This document shows positions 1 through 8,961 of a stretch of DNA of 64,000 bases, one piece after another. Origin of the DNA: a virus. Under the pieces are notes generated by a model, which saw nothing but the letters and a program-made list of their open reading frames with translations, was not told where the DNA came from and did no database searches. The DNA is taken from positions 12,915 to 76,914 of the IMG/VR virus record IMGVR_UViG_3300036832_001488; one strand, 5' to 3'. Each line of letters begins with the position of its first letter. Within the stretch, counting starts at the first letter, position 1. Position numbers and translations under genes: made by a program.

Positions 1-133
1 AGCTTCGCGCGAGATGTGCAGGCCTTGGTTGAGAGCTTGGAAGAGCTAGCTTGCCAGGAGCCAGAGAAATACTTTCATACGCCGTATCAAACGTTACATG
101 ACCGTCTCGCGATGGCCTTAGAAAGCTACAACA

Positions 134-400
134 ATGCCCGCACCAATCGACTTCCCCAGCCACATCAAGAACCTCCGCAAACTGGTAAAGTCGATAGCGG
201 AGGAAGTGGACGAGACGCATGCTCATCCGGCCTTTGATGAGGAAGTCGGCCTGGAGCCGCACCAGCGAGGCACAGAACCCGACCACGATGAGATGCATGC
301 GAACTTGGTGCTCGCTTACCGGCACCTGGAAGACGCGGCGATGCGCCTAGGCAAAGCCATCCAGGCCTATGATGGAGGCAAGAGTGTATATGACAGCTAG
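134..400 (+). CDS. small helical-hairpin protein, possibly Acb2/Tad1-like nucleotide sponge
   Basis: 88 aa; C-terminal EMHANLVLAYRHLEDAAMRLGKAI resembles the 'LA.tkLEEA.MwlgKAI' helix of Acb2/Tad1-like hairpin proteins (by eye). Confidence 0.35.
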   Translation: MPAPIDFPSHIKNLRKLVKSIAEEVDETHAHPAFDEEVGLEPHQRGTEPDHDEMHANLVLAYRHLEDAAMRLGKAIQAYDGGKSVYDS

Positions 401-677
401 CGAGTTCAGCTTAAGCCCAGAACAGCGCGGGCAATTAATCCAGATGTTACGCCGGGTGATTTCGCGGCAGATGCAAGACAACTGGGAGAGTTTCGAACAT
501 TTTGAGCTACTGATGTGTGCGCTAGTGGCCGCGTACAAGGATGGGATGAGGCCGGAACATACGGGAGAGCTATTCGTAAAAGACTGGGGCATCGACCGGG
601 AAGTAATGATGGTGGCCTTAGCCACAACAGCGGCGCAGGTGATAGAGGTGCAGCGCAAAATGGCAGAGCGAAATTAG
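369..677 (+). CDS. hypothetical phage protein
   Basis: ORF in a tightly packed + strand run; start may be ATG 390. Confidence 0.5.
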   Translation: MMEARVYMTASEFSLSPEQRGQLIQMLRRVISRQMQDNWESFEHFELLMCALVAAYKDGMRPEHTGELFVKDWGIDREVMMVALATTAAQVIEVQRKMAERN

Positions 678-679
678 CA

Positions 680-877
680 ATGATCCCTGAACTGAGTTGG
701 ACCTGTCACATCTGTAAGAGAGAGCGGCCCGATGCGCTGATCGCGGTAGTGACCACAGATTTGAGTAGTGAGCGGGGACTCGAGGCTGGCACCTTAAAGC
801 AGAATGTGCGTTACTGCGCAGGCAGTAAGGCCTGCAAAGAAGCGGCTAAAACCTACCGATTCTTGAAACAAGTATGA
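680..877 (+). CDS. small Cys-containing (Zn-binding?) protein
   Basis: MIPELSWTCHICKRERPD...NVRYCAGSKAC; ATG 680 follows the previous stop, ATGA overlap with next gene. Confidence 0.5.
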   Translation: MIPELSWTCHICKRERPDALIAVVTTDLSSERGLEAGTLKQNVRYCAGSKACKEAAKTYRFLKQV

Positions 878-1176
878 GCGATGAACCAATGAAGAATGCA
901 GTACCGGACGACCCCAGTCACGGTGGGGCGATAGTTCGCGGAGACCCTACAGTGGACACAGTGGAGCTACTAGCCGACATCGGCAGTCAATGCCGGTTCA
1001 TGGGTGCGATCCTAAAAGACATCCAGAACCAGTTACTGCGCCTGGAGCGGCTGATCACCCAGGAGCCGAGCCCTTACCAGCATCAGTATCCCAACCAGAG
1101 CCAGGAACAACAGAACCTCTCCGGCCTCAAGGCCCAGCAAGAGGCCCTGCAACAATTCGGCAAATTCAACAAATGA
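874..1176 (+). CDS. hypothetical protein
   Basis: ATGA overlaps at both ends. Confidence 0.5.
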   Translation: MSDEPMKNAVPDDPSHGGAIVRGDPTVDTVELLADIGSQCRFMGAILKDIQNQLLRLERLITQEPSPYQHQYPNQSQEQQNLSGLKAQQEALQQFGKFNK

Positions 1177-1379
1177 GCACGACCATTGTGTGTGAGCGGG
1201 TTAAATCCCACCTCAAGCCAGGGAGTGATTCGAGCTATCGGAAATGTGACGAGTGCGGGGAAATGATCTGGCTCGCCTTAGATAGTCCCAAGCCGGACCA
1301 GCTATTGTGTGTAGAGTGTTTCAAGGAGGCTGAAGAGATGGATAAAGCGATCTTTCACCTCTCAGAAGAGCACTTATGA
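1173..1379 (+). CDS. small zinc-finger protein
   Basis: CDECG...LCVEC motifs; ATGA coupling. Confidence 0.5.
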   Translation: MSTTIVCERVKSHLKPGSDSSYRKCDECGEMIWLALDSPKPDQLLCVECFKEAEEMDKAIFHLSEEHL

Positions 1380-1588
1380 TCAGTGACAGCCAAATCGATC
1401 AGTTATTCGAGGAATTCCTAGAGAGCCCAGAGCTCACAAGCTGGCGCAGCGATCTCAGTGGCCGGGAACACTCAGAGGCCACCAGACTCTTCCGCGTCGC
1501 TGTCCTCAAGGCTATCGCCATCGATCTGGCCCAGCACGTGACCTCAACTGGCAACGTGAGGGTGACAAACTCGCACGCCGCCGAGTAA
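1376..1588 (+). CDS. hypothetical protein
   Basis: ATGA-coupled ORF of 70 aa. Confidence 0.45.
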   Translation: MISDSQIDQLFEEFLESPELTSWRSDLSGREHSEATRLFRVAVLKAIAIDLAQHVTSTGNVRVTNSHAAE

Positions 1589-1595
1589 ACAAGAG

Positions 1596-1805
1596 ATGTA
1601 CGTCAAAGGACAGCGCAGCTTCTTAAAGCCCTGCCTCATCTGCCGCAAGCCTTTCCGGCGCAGCCCAGGTCGCGGCAATCGCTACTACTGCAGCCGCCGC
1701 TGTTACAAGATCTTTTGCAAGCTCTGTGCCTTCACGCTTCAGAACGATATTCTTAGGAGCAAGATTCTCGAGCACGCAGCTTCACAGATCGATCTCGCCG
1801 CCTGA
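1596..1805 (+). CDS. zinc-finger protein (CxxC...YCSxxC)
   Basis: CLICRKPF...YYCSRRC treble-clef-like motif. Confidence 0.5.
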   Translation: MYVKGQRSFLKPCLICRKPFRRSPGRGNRYYCSRRCYKIFCKLCAFTLQNDILRSKILEHAASQIDLAA

Positions 1806-2087
1806 CTGAGCGGCCCGCAAACGGGCTCTAGCCTCGTCTATGCGTCGCTGGGCAGCGCGGATATCGGCCATCCAGTCCAGAGGGGCAGGCTTACCGAACT
1901 GGCTATGGGTTTGCATGTGGTGCAGGTGGCAGAGCCGCATGACTCTGGCCGGGTCGGCGTAGTCGATGTGGTGCAGCTCGGCAGGCTTGTCGTCGCAGAT
2001 CTCGCAGGCGTCTGGCGGATCGATCTCGTCCTGGGCGATGAGCTTGCGTGTGACGTAGCGAGCGTGAGCTTTGGCTTTGCGGTTCAT
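1782..2087 (-). CDS. small HNH endonuclease
   Basis: CEICDDKPAELHHIDYADP..VMRLCHLHH. Confidence 0.7.
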   Translation of the reverse strand: MNRKAKAHARYVTRKLIAQDEIDPPDACEICDDKPAELHHIDYADPARVMRLCHLHHMQTHSQFGKPAPLDWMADIRAAQRRIDEARARLRAAQSGGEIDL

Positions 2088-2372
2088 AAGGTGACAACAA
2101 TAACAGTCATGTAAAATAGAGTCGCAACTCGTTGTTGTTCAATCACTTAGTGTTTCGAGCTTGTGGAACATTGGCAGCGTTGTTCGCATGTTATCAAGCG
2201 TGGAATGTTCCACAGGCCCTCCCTGCCTAGGGATGGTCACCCTCCTGGCATTGTTTGAGCATTACCGGCCCCCCATTGCCCGCTGCAAAGAGGGCCAACC
2301 CGAACGCGCCACCCACGCTGAAGCTCTGGCACATTTTTTAAAAAGGGTCCCATCTACTGAGGGTGGTCGTAC

Positions 2373-2401
2373 TGGCATTATAATTACACATAACGTATAA
2401 T
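2373..2401 (+). promoter_or_regulatory. sigma70-like promoter, probably giving a leaderless mRNA for ORF 2407
   Basis: TGGCAT-17 nt-TATAAT; ATG 5 nt after the -10 box. Confidence 0.55.
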
Positions 2402-2406
2402 GTGGT

Positions 2407-2718
2407 ATGAGCAAGAGTGAAGAGGAACTGAGGGCGAAGAATCGGGAGCGGCAGAGGCGGTGGCGAGAGAAGCATAAGTGGTTAGGGGAGCAGCGGCGGT
2501 TACGGAATTATGGGAGTTCGAAGGCGCAGCTAGAAGTTACACATAACGCCATTCCGATCTGGGTAGATGATCCTGAGAGTGGGGAGCGGATGAAGGTATG
2601 GGTAGATGGGAGGACGCGCATTGGGAAGGTGGTGCTTAGTCTTTGGCGGCAGGTGCACGGGCTGGAGCCAGTTACCAATAACGAATCCTCGCAGGGGGTG
2701 GAGGTGGAGGGGTTCTAG
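2407..2718 (+). CDS. small basic putative DNA-binding protein
   Basis: RAKNRERQRRWREKH basic helix; own promoter. Confidence 0.55.
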   Translation: MSKSEEELRAKNRERQRRWREKHKWLGEQRRLRNYGSSKAQLEVTHNAIPIWVDDPESGERMKVWVDGRTRIGKVVLSLWRQVHGLEPVTNNESSQGVEVEGF

Positions 2719-2944
2719 GATGGACTTTGGCTCTGACCGCTTTGTTTACGCTCCCGCGTAGCCTTCAAACTCCTGGCTGAAGTCTTGTATCAGTTTTTCT
2801 TTTTCTTTCTCGGTCATAAAAAGTTTTTGGGAGCCGGGATTCCACCGGCCAGAGGATCGTTGTCCGTTACGGCGGTAAACTATAGGGAGAGTTTTCCGCA
2901 AGGGTTCTCTGTCAGCTGACAGCTGATCCCAAAAAAGGGTTGTT

Positions 2945-4378
2945 TTATTTGTCGGGATAGGGCGGGTGGGCATCAATCCAACTGTTCAGATCTCTTTGCC
3001 ACTCTTCATAGGTGGCACTGGTTGGATCTGGCGGAGTCGGATCTGGCGGAAGAGGTTCTCCTCCTTGCAAGGGATGGGGATAAGGCGCTGGAGTGTAACT
3101 GGTTAGTTGCAGCGATTCATAGGGCGCTGGATAGCTGGAACTCGAGGGTGCCCCTGGTGCCGGATAGCTAGTCTTAGTCGTAGAGTCCGGCGCTTTAGTC
3201 CAATAGTCCCGGCCTTCCTTGATGTAGAAAGGATCGCCGTTGTTAGCATTGGAGTTGCCGAACTTCCCCACCCCTACCTTGTTATTGGGTTGGCCATTAA
3301 GGGTGTTGTTCCAGATAAAGGAGGCATTGATCTGATCCTCGCACGGCCACTGGGTAGAGCTGCGCTGCGGCACTCCCGGCGTGTTATTGGGATCGCATTC
3401 TTCATCGCGGAAGTCGACGATGTTAGGTGTCGAGCCATCCTTGGTAGTAAAAGTGTTATCATGGATCAGGTGCGAGCCCCCGCGCAGGTCCATTAACTGG
3501 TAGATGTTCCCGCCCAATTTCACCTCGTTCCCGTAGAACTCGAATCGCGAGGTCCCCCGGTAGTTATTCGCACCTTGTTTCCAGATCGACTGGTTGCCAT
3601 GGCAGTCGACCGGCCCCGTAATTCCATTGGGCGCGCCTGTGCCATCGATCTGGCAATGCCGTAAAACTGATCGACCACCCATGTCATGATAGGTCACCCA
3701 GGGTGAACCAGGGTTAGACTTGATGGCATAGCTGAAAGTACAATCCTCGGTGAAAGGGAAATTGAGCGACCCAGCCTGATAATCTTTTCTGGCCCAGGCC
3801 CCGTCGCCCAGATCCCCAGTGAAGCCGCCGTAAATGATGACGCAGATCCAGATATCCTTAAAATGACAGTGATCGCATAGGCCGTATGCCCCGCCTTGCC
3901 ACCAGACTGTCTGACATCCTTGATCGAAGTAACAGTTATCTATCCTGATCTGTTTCAGAGGCGCGCCGCTCTGCGGCCCCTGTATGACGACCGCCGCATG
4001 GTTACTCGTACTCCCGTTAGGCTGAACTAGCTTAAACCCGCTTACCCGCACCGGCACATCGCTCTTAGGCTTCAAGGTGAAAAACCCAGTGTTCCCATCC
4101 GACCAGCCCCTGGTGATAATCGAGGAAGAATTCCCCGGCCCTTTGGCAGGACTCGCTGGCGCTGGGCTCGAGGTCCCTTTTATCGTCAGAGCCTTGTCCA
4201 CAATCACTCCTTCAGTCCACGTCCAACTTCCTCCAGGGATAACCAGAGTATCACCTGCACTAGCTCTTCCAATCGCATCTTTCACCGTGGCTTGTTTGCC
4301 ATCCGGTAAATTTGTAGTGGTGGCCATAGTTTGTTCTTCTAAATATTGTTTGAGCTGTTCCTCTTCTTCTCTATCCAT
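2945..4378 (-). CDS. parallel beta-helix (pectin-lyase-like) protein, tailspike/depolymerase-like
   Basis: AIGRASAGDTLVIPGGSWTW start, IRIDNCYF/DHCHF repeats, YPHPL end; paralog of 10674-12089; start 4378 or 4327. Confidence 0.7.
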   Translation of the reverse strand: MDREEEEQLKQYLEEQTMATTTNLPDGKQATVKDAIGRASAGDTLVIPGGSWTWTEGVIVDKALTIKGTSSPAPASPAKGPGNSSSIITRGWSDGNTGFFTLKPKSDVPVRVSGFKLVQPNGSTSNHAAVVIQGPQSGAPLKQIRIDNCYFDQGCQTVWWQGGAYGLCDHCHFKDIWICVIIYGGFTGDLGDGAWARKDYQAGSLNFPFTEDCTFSYAIKSNPGSPWVTYHDMGGRSVLRHCQIDGTGAPNGITGPVDCHGNQSIWKQGANNYRGTSRFEFYGNEVKLGGNIYQLMDLRGGSHLIHDNTFTTKDGSTPNIVDFRDEECDPNNTPGVPQRSSTQWPCEDQINASFIWNNTLNGQPNNKVGVGKFGNSNANNGDPFYIKEGRDYWTKAPDSTTKTSYPAPGAPSSSSYPAPYESLQLTSYTPAPYPHPLQGGEPLPPDPTPPDPTSATYEEWQRDLNSWIDAHPPYPDK

Positions 4379-5057
4379 TTTTATAATTCCGGTAAACCTT
4401 GAACTCTGTCCCCCCGATCTCAAAGTCTTCGGCGCTAGTGAATAGCCTAGAGTTCTCAATCACCTGAGCGTGCAGCGGCGTGTTATACAGAAACCAAACC
4501 TTGCGGGGATGCCGTGCGAGCGACTCACGCAAGTTGGCCATGAATTGCTCCATCACAACCGCGTCAAAGGGATTGAAAGCATAAAAAACAGAGTGCTCCG
4601 CTGGAATCTGAAAAAGGGCGGCGTCTGCTTCTATCACTTCGAACTGGGAAGTAATTTTAGTCAGCTGGCGAGTAAAGAACTCCACGTTCGCTCGCGCGAT
4701 CGCACAGAGCTTGGGCGAGAACTCTATCCCCACAACGTTCTGAAACCCAAGCTGGGCGGCTAGCAGTAACACCCGGCCCTTGCCTGAGCCTAAGTCGATG
4801 AATGTGTAGTCGCGGGGCAGATCTAGTTTGCGGATCAGTTTTTGCAACGGCCTAGCCTTGGTCGCCCGGTAGCCGACCGCGTTCGCATCGTGTTCGCTGT
4901 TTGCACCCAGATCTTCTGTCCAGACCCAGCGCATGGTTTCGGTCCCGTACCAGACATCAAAGCACAGGTCGATCACCGCACTGCCAGCGACTTTACCGGT
5001 TCTGACTAACCCTCGGCTTGAGATGCTTCGACATGCCCACCTAAACAAAGGGAGCAC
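4371..5057 (-). CDS. class I SAM-dependent methyltransferase
   Basis: FIDLGSGKGRVLLLAA, GIEFS, FYAFNPF; likely GTG start at 5057, just after the stop of the upstream gene. Confidence 0.85.
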   Translation of the reverse strand: MLPLFRWACRSISSRGLVRTGKVAGSAVIDLCFDVWYGTETMRWVWTEDLGANSEHDANAVGYRATKARPLQKLIRKLDLPRDYTFIDLGSGKGRVLLLAAQLGFQNVVGIEFSPKLCAIARANVEFFTRQLTKITSQFEVIEADAALFQIPAEHSVFYAFNPFDAVVMEQFMANLRESLARHPRKVWFLYNTPLHAQVIENSRLFTSAEDFEIGGTEFKVYRNYKNG

Positions 5058-5058
5058 G

Positions 5059-5469
5059 CTAGTTATCCCTCCAGAATCGCTGCAGACGCTTCCAAAGGCT
5101 TGCCCTGGTAGATTGTACCTCTTTTGGGCTAGGATCGCTGCTAGGGGCCTTTGCGGCGGTCCAGTGGTACTTAAAATCACCGGGCCATAGGTCGTAGTAG
5201 CCGGATGTGTCCCCTTCAACGTTGAGCCTGATGTTCTGCTCCGGGGCCACCACCGGCTGATGGCCGTCTAGCGGGCCACCCACAAACTCTGTCGGCGTCC
5301 AGGCGCGCACTTCTGGGTTCTGCCGGTAGCCAGCTGGCATGATGATGCCCTGCACCGCCTCGCCGGTGACGATCGGACAGTTGGTGTAATGACCATCGGG
5401 CCAGGAGCCCCCGCACACCTGACAGTGCGGGCCGGGACCCTCAGGAATGTGCCAGAAAGGATTATCCAT
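5059..5469 (-). CDS. hypothetical protein
   Basis: CQVCGG..HYTNC and EFVGGPLDG motifs; packed in - strand operon. Confidence 0.5.
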   Translation of the reverse strand: MDNPFWHIPEGPGPHCQVCGGSWPDGHYTNCPIVTGEAVQGIIMPAGYRQNPEVRAWTPTEFVGGPLDGHQPVVAPEQNIRLNVEGDTSGYYDLWPGDFKYHWTAAKAPSSDPSPKEVQSTRASLWKRLQRFWRDN

Positions 5470-5631
5470 TGTTCTCCTCCTTTGGCGTCAGCGCCTCTTC
5501 CAGACGGGCCAGTCTTTTCTCTAGCTGCTCCACCTGTACAATGTGGATTTTTAAGAGCTGCTTTACCGTGTCGATGGCTTGGATAGTTTGTTCCCGCATC
5601 TGCCGCACCTCGCGTAAGACTGAGTCGTTAC

Positions 5632-6180
5632 TCATGGCCCCATCAGAATGTGAAAATCAATGGCCGCGTTGAGCAGGACGGCAATCCAGCTCTGTATCCC
5701 CGGCTCGCCGTTGACCCCGCTCTCCAGCTTCAGACACTTACTCTCCTCTCCCGCTTCGCGGATAATGTTCCAAGCCCAGAGCTTGACCGGATGCTCGCTG
5801 CCGAAACCGACCATGCAGAAGACCGTCTCTCTGCGGTCAGGCCGGTCCGCGGGCCGCACATTGACTTTGTGCGCCTTGCGCTCTTCCGGTGTCGCTGTTG
5901 CCGTCCAGGCCTCGGAGAGAAAGCTCCAGGCCCGCGCCCCATTGGACGCAATGCGCTTGCCCACCTTCATCACCATCTCCTTTTTCTCCTGGTCATTGGC
6001 CCAGGGACAGACAATCACATCGACCGGCATATCGCCCGAGGGCCGGATCTCCTCATCTCCGATCACACAGATGGTGGGCGGCATCGCTTTGGTTGTGCCT
6101 GCCAAAGTGGCGGCGGCGTAGTCATGGGAGGCCGTCGCTAAGAAATTAACTAGCTTCTCGTCTACGGGTTGCGTGCTCAT
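5632..6180 (-). CDS. hypothetical phage protein
   Basis: 182 aa with globular composition (SEAW...RPADRPDRRE). Confidence 0.6.
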   Translation of the reverse strand: MSTQPVDEKLVNFLATASHDYAAATLAGTTKAMPPTICVIGDEEIRPSGDMPVDVIVCPWANDQEKKEMVMKVGKRIASNGARAWSFLSEAWTATATPEERKAHKVNVRPADRPDRRETVFCMVGFGSEHPVKLWAWNIIREAGEESKCLKLESGVNGEPGIQSWIAVLLNAAIDFHILMGP

Positions 6181-6207
6181 TCAACCCTTGGTATATCATA
6201 CCCACCC

Positions 6208-6711
6208 ATGGGCCGTCCACCAATAGGAAAAGAAAAGCTCGCCGCGCATAATCGCGCCCAGGTCAAACGCTGGAAAGAGAAGAACCCTGAACGGGTCAGA
6301 GCCCAGAAGCAAAGAGCCACGACCCGCAAACGGATTGAGCGGGCTCAAGAGAAAAGAAGAATGGACCCGACCGGCGAGCTTGCATATGGCCCGATTGAAG
6401 GTGTAGACACGGCCCCGGATGCAAAAGAACCCGATCTCCCTGACTCTGGCCCTGACCCAGTTGCTAGAACTGGAGAAGGACATTCAACACGTACGCCCGA
6501 TAGGACCTCTGAGCGCCCACCTCCTATGGACCATCCACAAGTATCTGCGAGTACTCATCATCCTCTATCGGGACGCCCTGGTATCATCGAACCGGCTGGA
6601 TTTGCCGATGAAGTCCAAAGACTGGGCGACTTCTACGCCCTCAAAAGTCTCCATGATATCAGGGCCCGACTTGAGGGAAAAACTCCGCCGGGGATCGAAG
6701 TAGAGCTTTAG
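6208..6711 (+). CDS. basic-helix protein (GRPP...RWKEKNPERVR)
   Basis: ATG 6208, divergent from 6180; N-terminus typical of small phage DNA-binding proteins. Confidence 0.45.
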   Translation: MGRPPIGKEKLAAHNRAQVKRWKEKNPERVRAQKQRATTRKRIERAQEKRRMDPTGELAYGPIEGVDTAPDAKEPDLPDSGPDPVARTGEGHSTRTPDRTSERPPPMDHPQVSASTHHPLSGRPGIIEPAGFADEVQRLGDFYALKSLHDIRARLEGKTPPGIEVEL

Positions 6712-7154
6712 CTCAAGCCCATGTTGTGCTGGCTGGACATGCCCATGGAACCGATCACCGTGTCAGGCAAGTTATCGCTGATGCCGCTCGTGATACGAAT
6801 GTTGTAGGGCCCGGAGGTCGAGGGGAAGCTCATTGCCCTCAAGTTGTAAGGCGGCTGACCCACCCTCTGGGTCCAGGCCGAAGGCATCGGCTTCATTGGC
6901 TCGCCACCGGGCCCCCGCACGAAACTAGGATAGGGCTGGGAAGGCCGGAAATGGACTGGCTGGACGTTCTGAGGGGCAGGCCTGGGTCTTTGTACCCGAT
7001 CGACGCACATCGTGGCTCCTGGGGCATTGTAGGGGCTTGGCCAAGTCGTCTGAAAGGGAGCCGGTTTGCAGGGGCTCGCCTTCCAGCCACTGAACTTCGC
7101 GCAGCCGGAGTAGGGACTTTGGTAGAGGACCGACTGGATCAGGTTAATTGGCAT
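6708..7154 (-). CDS. Pro-rich hypothetical protein with PYN repeats
   Basis: PYNAPG / PYNLRA / PYNIRI. Confidence 0.45.
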   Translation of the reverse strand: MPINLIQSVLYQSPYSGCAKFSGWKASPCKPAPFQTTWPSPYNAPGATMCVDRVQRPRPAPQNVQPVHFRPSQPYPSFVRGPGGEPMKPMPSAWTQRVGQPPYNLRAMSFPSTSGPYNIRITSGISDNLPDTVIGSMGMSSQHNMGLS

Positions 7155-7309
7155 CTTCGGCAAGGGCCCGGACTAGGGCTTTAAGGTGATCTTCTTGGAG
7201 TGTGAGCCGCTTGCCCATCACCCGCATGATCTTGTTCATCGTCTCCTGGGCTTCGAACAAAGTCTCCACCTTCTTTTCCAGCGATTCAATCCTCGCCAGT
7301 ATTTCATCT

Positions 7310-7840
7310 TCATTCGGCATTTACAGGCTCCGCTCTTTTAACGGTGACGTGTTTTTTCTCTTTGTCGTGGGGACCGTACTTTTCGTAGTACCATTTCTTC
7401 TGGCCGTCCACGATGTGCCAAAGCTTCTTTCCCTCTTGGCTCTCAGCCTTGGGGCGATGATGCGGCTTCGTTGGGACCGGTGTGGGGCTGGGCGCTGCGG
7501 GAGTTGGTGTCGCAGCGTCCAGGCGTAAGTAGCGGCTGGCTGTCCAGTAGGTCGTAGGGTTATCTAGGAAAGTAAATTCTGCCGGGTTATCATTGTTGCC
7601 CGGAGTGATTATCCACACCGGACGCTCCGCTGTGGTGGCCGCACTGACGTGGCCCACCTTTACCAATTGATCCAGCGAGTCATCTTCCTTTAGTATTCGG
7701 AAAGAGCGCGCCTGCTCGAAGGTGATCTCTGAGTCGTAATAAACTGCGCCCTCTAACAACGTTCCGGCCTGGGTACCATCCTCCTCCTTCGCCAAGACCG
7801 GCAATGCTAAAGCCAAGAGAAAAGCGAAAACCTTGACCAT
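7310..7840 (-). CDS. secreted/exported protein
   Basis: N-terminal signal peptide MVKVFAFLLALALPVLA; PT-rich linker. Confidence 0.65.
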   Translation of the reverse strand: MVKVFAFLLALALPVLAKEEDGTQAGTLLEGAVYYDSEITFEQARSFRILKEDDSLDQLVKVGHVSAATTAERPVWIITPGNNDNPAEFTFLDNPTTYWTASRYLRLDAATPTPAAPSPTPVPTKPHHRPKAESQEGKKLWHIVDGQKKWYYEKYGPHDKEKKHVTVKRAEPVNAE

Positions 7841-8044
7841 AATTTCCTTGCTTTAAGCCCAGCATTTGCCTTATTCAAGGCTAGAAGCGAAAACGAGCGA
7901 TTGTTAGCGATTAAGGTCAAGAGGCGAGCCACGCAAGGCTCGCCTCTCTTTTTCCTGTCAAGTGCTCATTTTCTCCGAGGGGGCTCGCGCACCTCTCCCA
8001 GGGCAACTTGGAAAACTAACATTTTCATTATGGTAAACTATAGG

Positions 8045-8272
8045 ATGACAATCTTAGATAAGCCCATTGTTAGGAAGACCCGGCGCAACCTGATGCATTA
8101 CAAACATCCCTTAGTTGTAACGCTAGAACCGGGCGATCTCCTAACCATCCGCGAACATAGATGCAAGCGGTTAGTTTATATTGACCTGCACGCCCTTTAC
8201 GTTGAGGCCCTGCGCAGAACTATCGCCGCCGAAAAGCGGGAGAAGAAAAAGCAGAGGAAGAGAAAAAGTTAG
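8045..8272 (+). CDS. small basic protein
   Basis: LVVTLEPGDLLTIREHR motif with Lys/Arg tail; start 8030 or 8045. Confidence 0.55.
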   Translation: MTILDKPIVRKTRRNLMHYKHPLVVTLEPGDLLTIREHRCKRLVYIDLHALYVEALRRTIAAEKREKKKQRKRKS

Positions 8273-8297
8273 GGCCCTGCGGTTAACAGGGCCCTAA
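8269..8297. terminator. perfect hairpin between convergent genes (possible bidirectional terminator)
   Basis: TTAGGGCCCTG-cggttaa-CAGGGCCCTAA, 11-bp stem; U-tracts weak. Confidence 0.5.
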
Positions 8298-8372
8298 GTG
8301 CTCAATTATGCCTACAAAGAAGTTCCTTAGCCTAACAAACTTTAAGGCATAGGCTCAGAGTGTCAAGCTTGG

Positions 8373-8906
8373 TTAGGAACTCGGCGTGGGAGTCGGCACG
8401 TTCGGAACCCCGACTACAATCCAGCCAGTGGTGGGACTCCACGCACTCTTCCACTCGATTAGCTTTTCCCGTTCTGGCGTTTCTCCAGGCGGATTGGGCC
8501 AGACGGTGGGTGGGATCGGATGCGATACCCAAGGTGGTGCGCCTGGAGGCACCTGTTCAGGCGGAATGACGATCGGAGGCATAGCCACCGGAGGCCAGCC
8601 TGGGATTGGCTGTGGTCCCGGCCCGCCAATGTCTGGATAGGGCGGCGAACCACCATTTCCTGGCGGCGTTGGCCAGATCCCTGGCGGGATAGGATGCTCA
8701 GGACGAGGCGGTGGTCCTCCAGGGGCAATCGGATGAGCCGGATGCCCAGGGCTAGGCCAAATCCCCGGAGGTTGCCCCGGTTGCCCCGGCGGCTGTGGCC
8801 AGATCCCCGGTGGGATTGGATGTTCAGGATGGCCAGGAGCCCACGGTGGTTGAACCGGCGGCGCACCGCCGGTCAGCGGAGTAATTAGAGCAAGGAACGG
8901 TTCCAT
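8373..8906 (-). CDS. Pro-rich repeat protein (HPxHPI..GIWP repeats)
   Basis: PGHPEHPIPPGIWP, PGHPAHPIAPGG, RPEHPIPPGIWP, SHPIPPTVWP; C-terminal WKSAWSPTTGWIVV. Confidence 0.65.
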   Translation of the reverse strand: MEPFLALITPLTGGAPPVQPPWAPGHPEHPIPPGIWPQPPGQPGQPPGIWPSPGHPAHPIAPGGPPPRPEHPIPPGIWPTPPGNGGSPPYPDIGGPGPQPIPGWPPVAMPPIVIPPEQVPPGAPPWVSHPIPPTVWPNPPGETPEREKLIEWKSAWSPTTGWIVVGVPNVPTPTPSS

Positions 8907-8961
8907 ATAAGAGTTAGCTCTCCCGATCCCTCTCCTCATGTCAAGCGCTATCTCCTATTTT

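Noticed and set aside
2162-2214. parS site
   Set aside because: Half-sites GTGGAACA and TGTTCCAC are present but in reversed order and separated, not the 16-bp palindrome; no parB in the window
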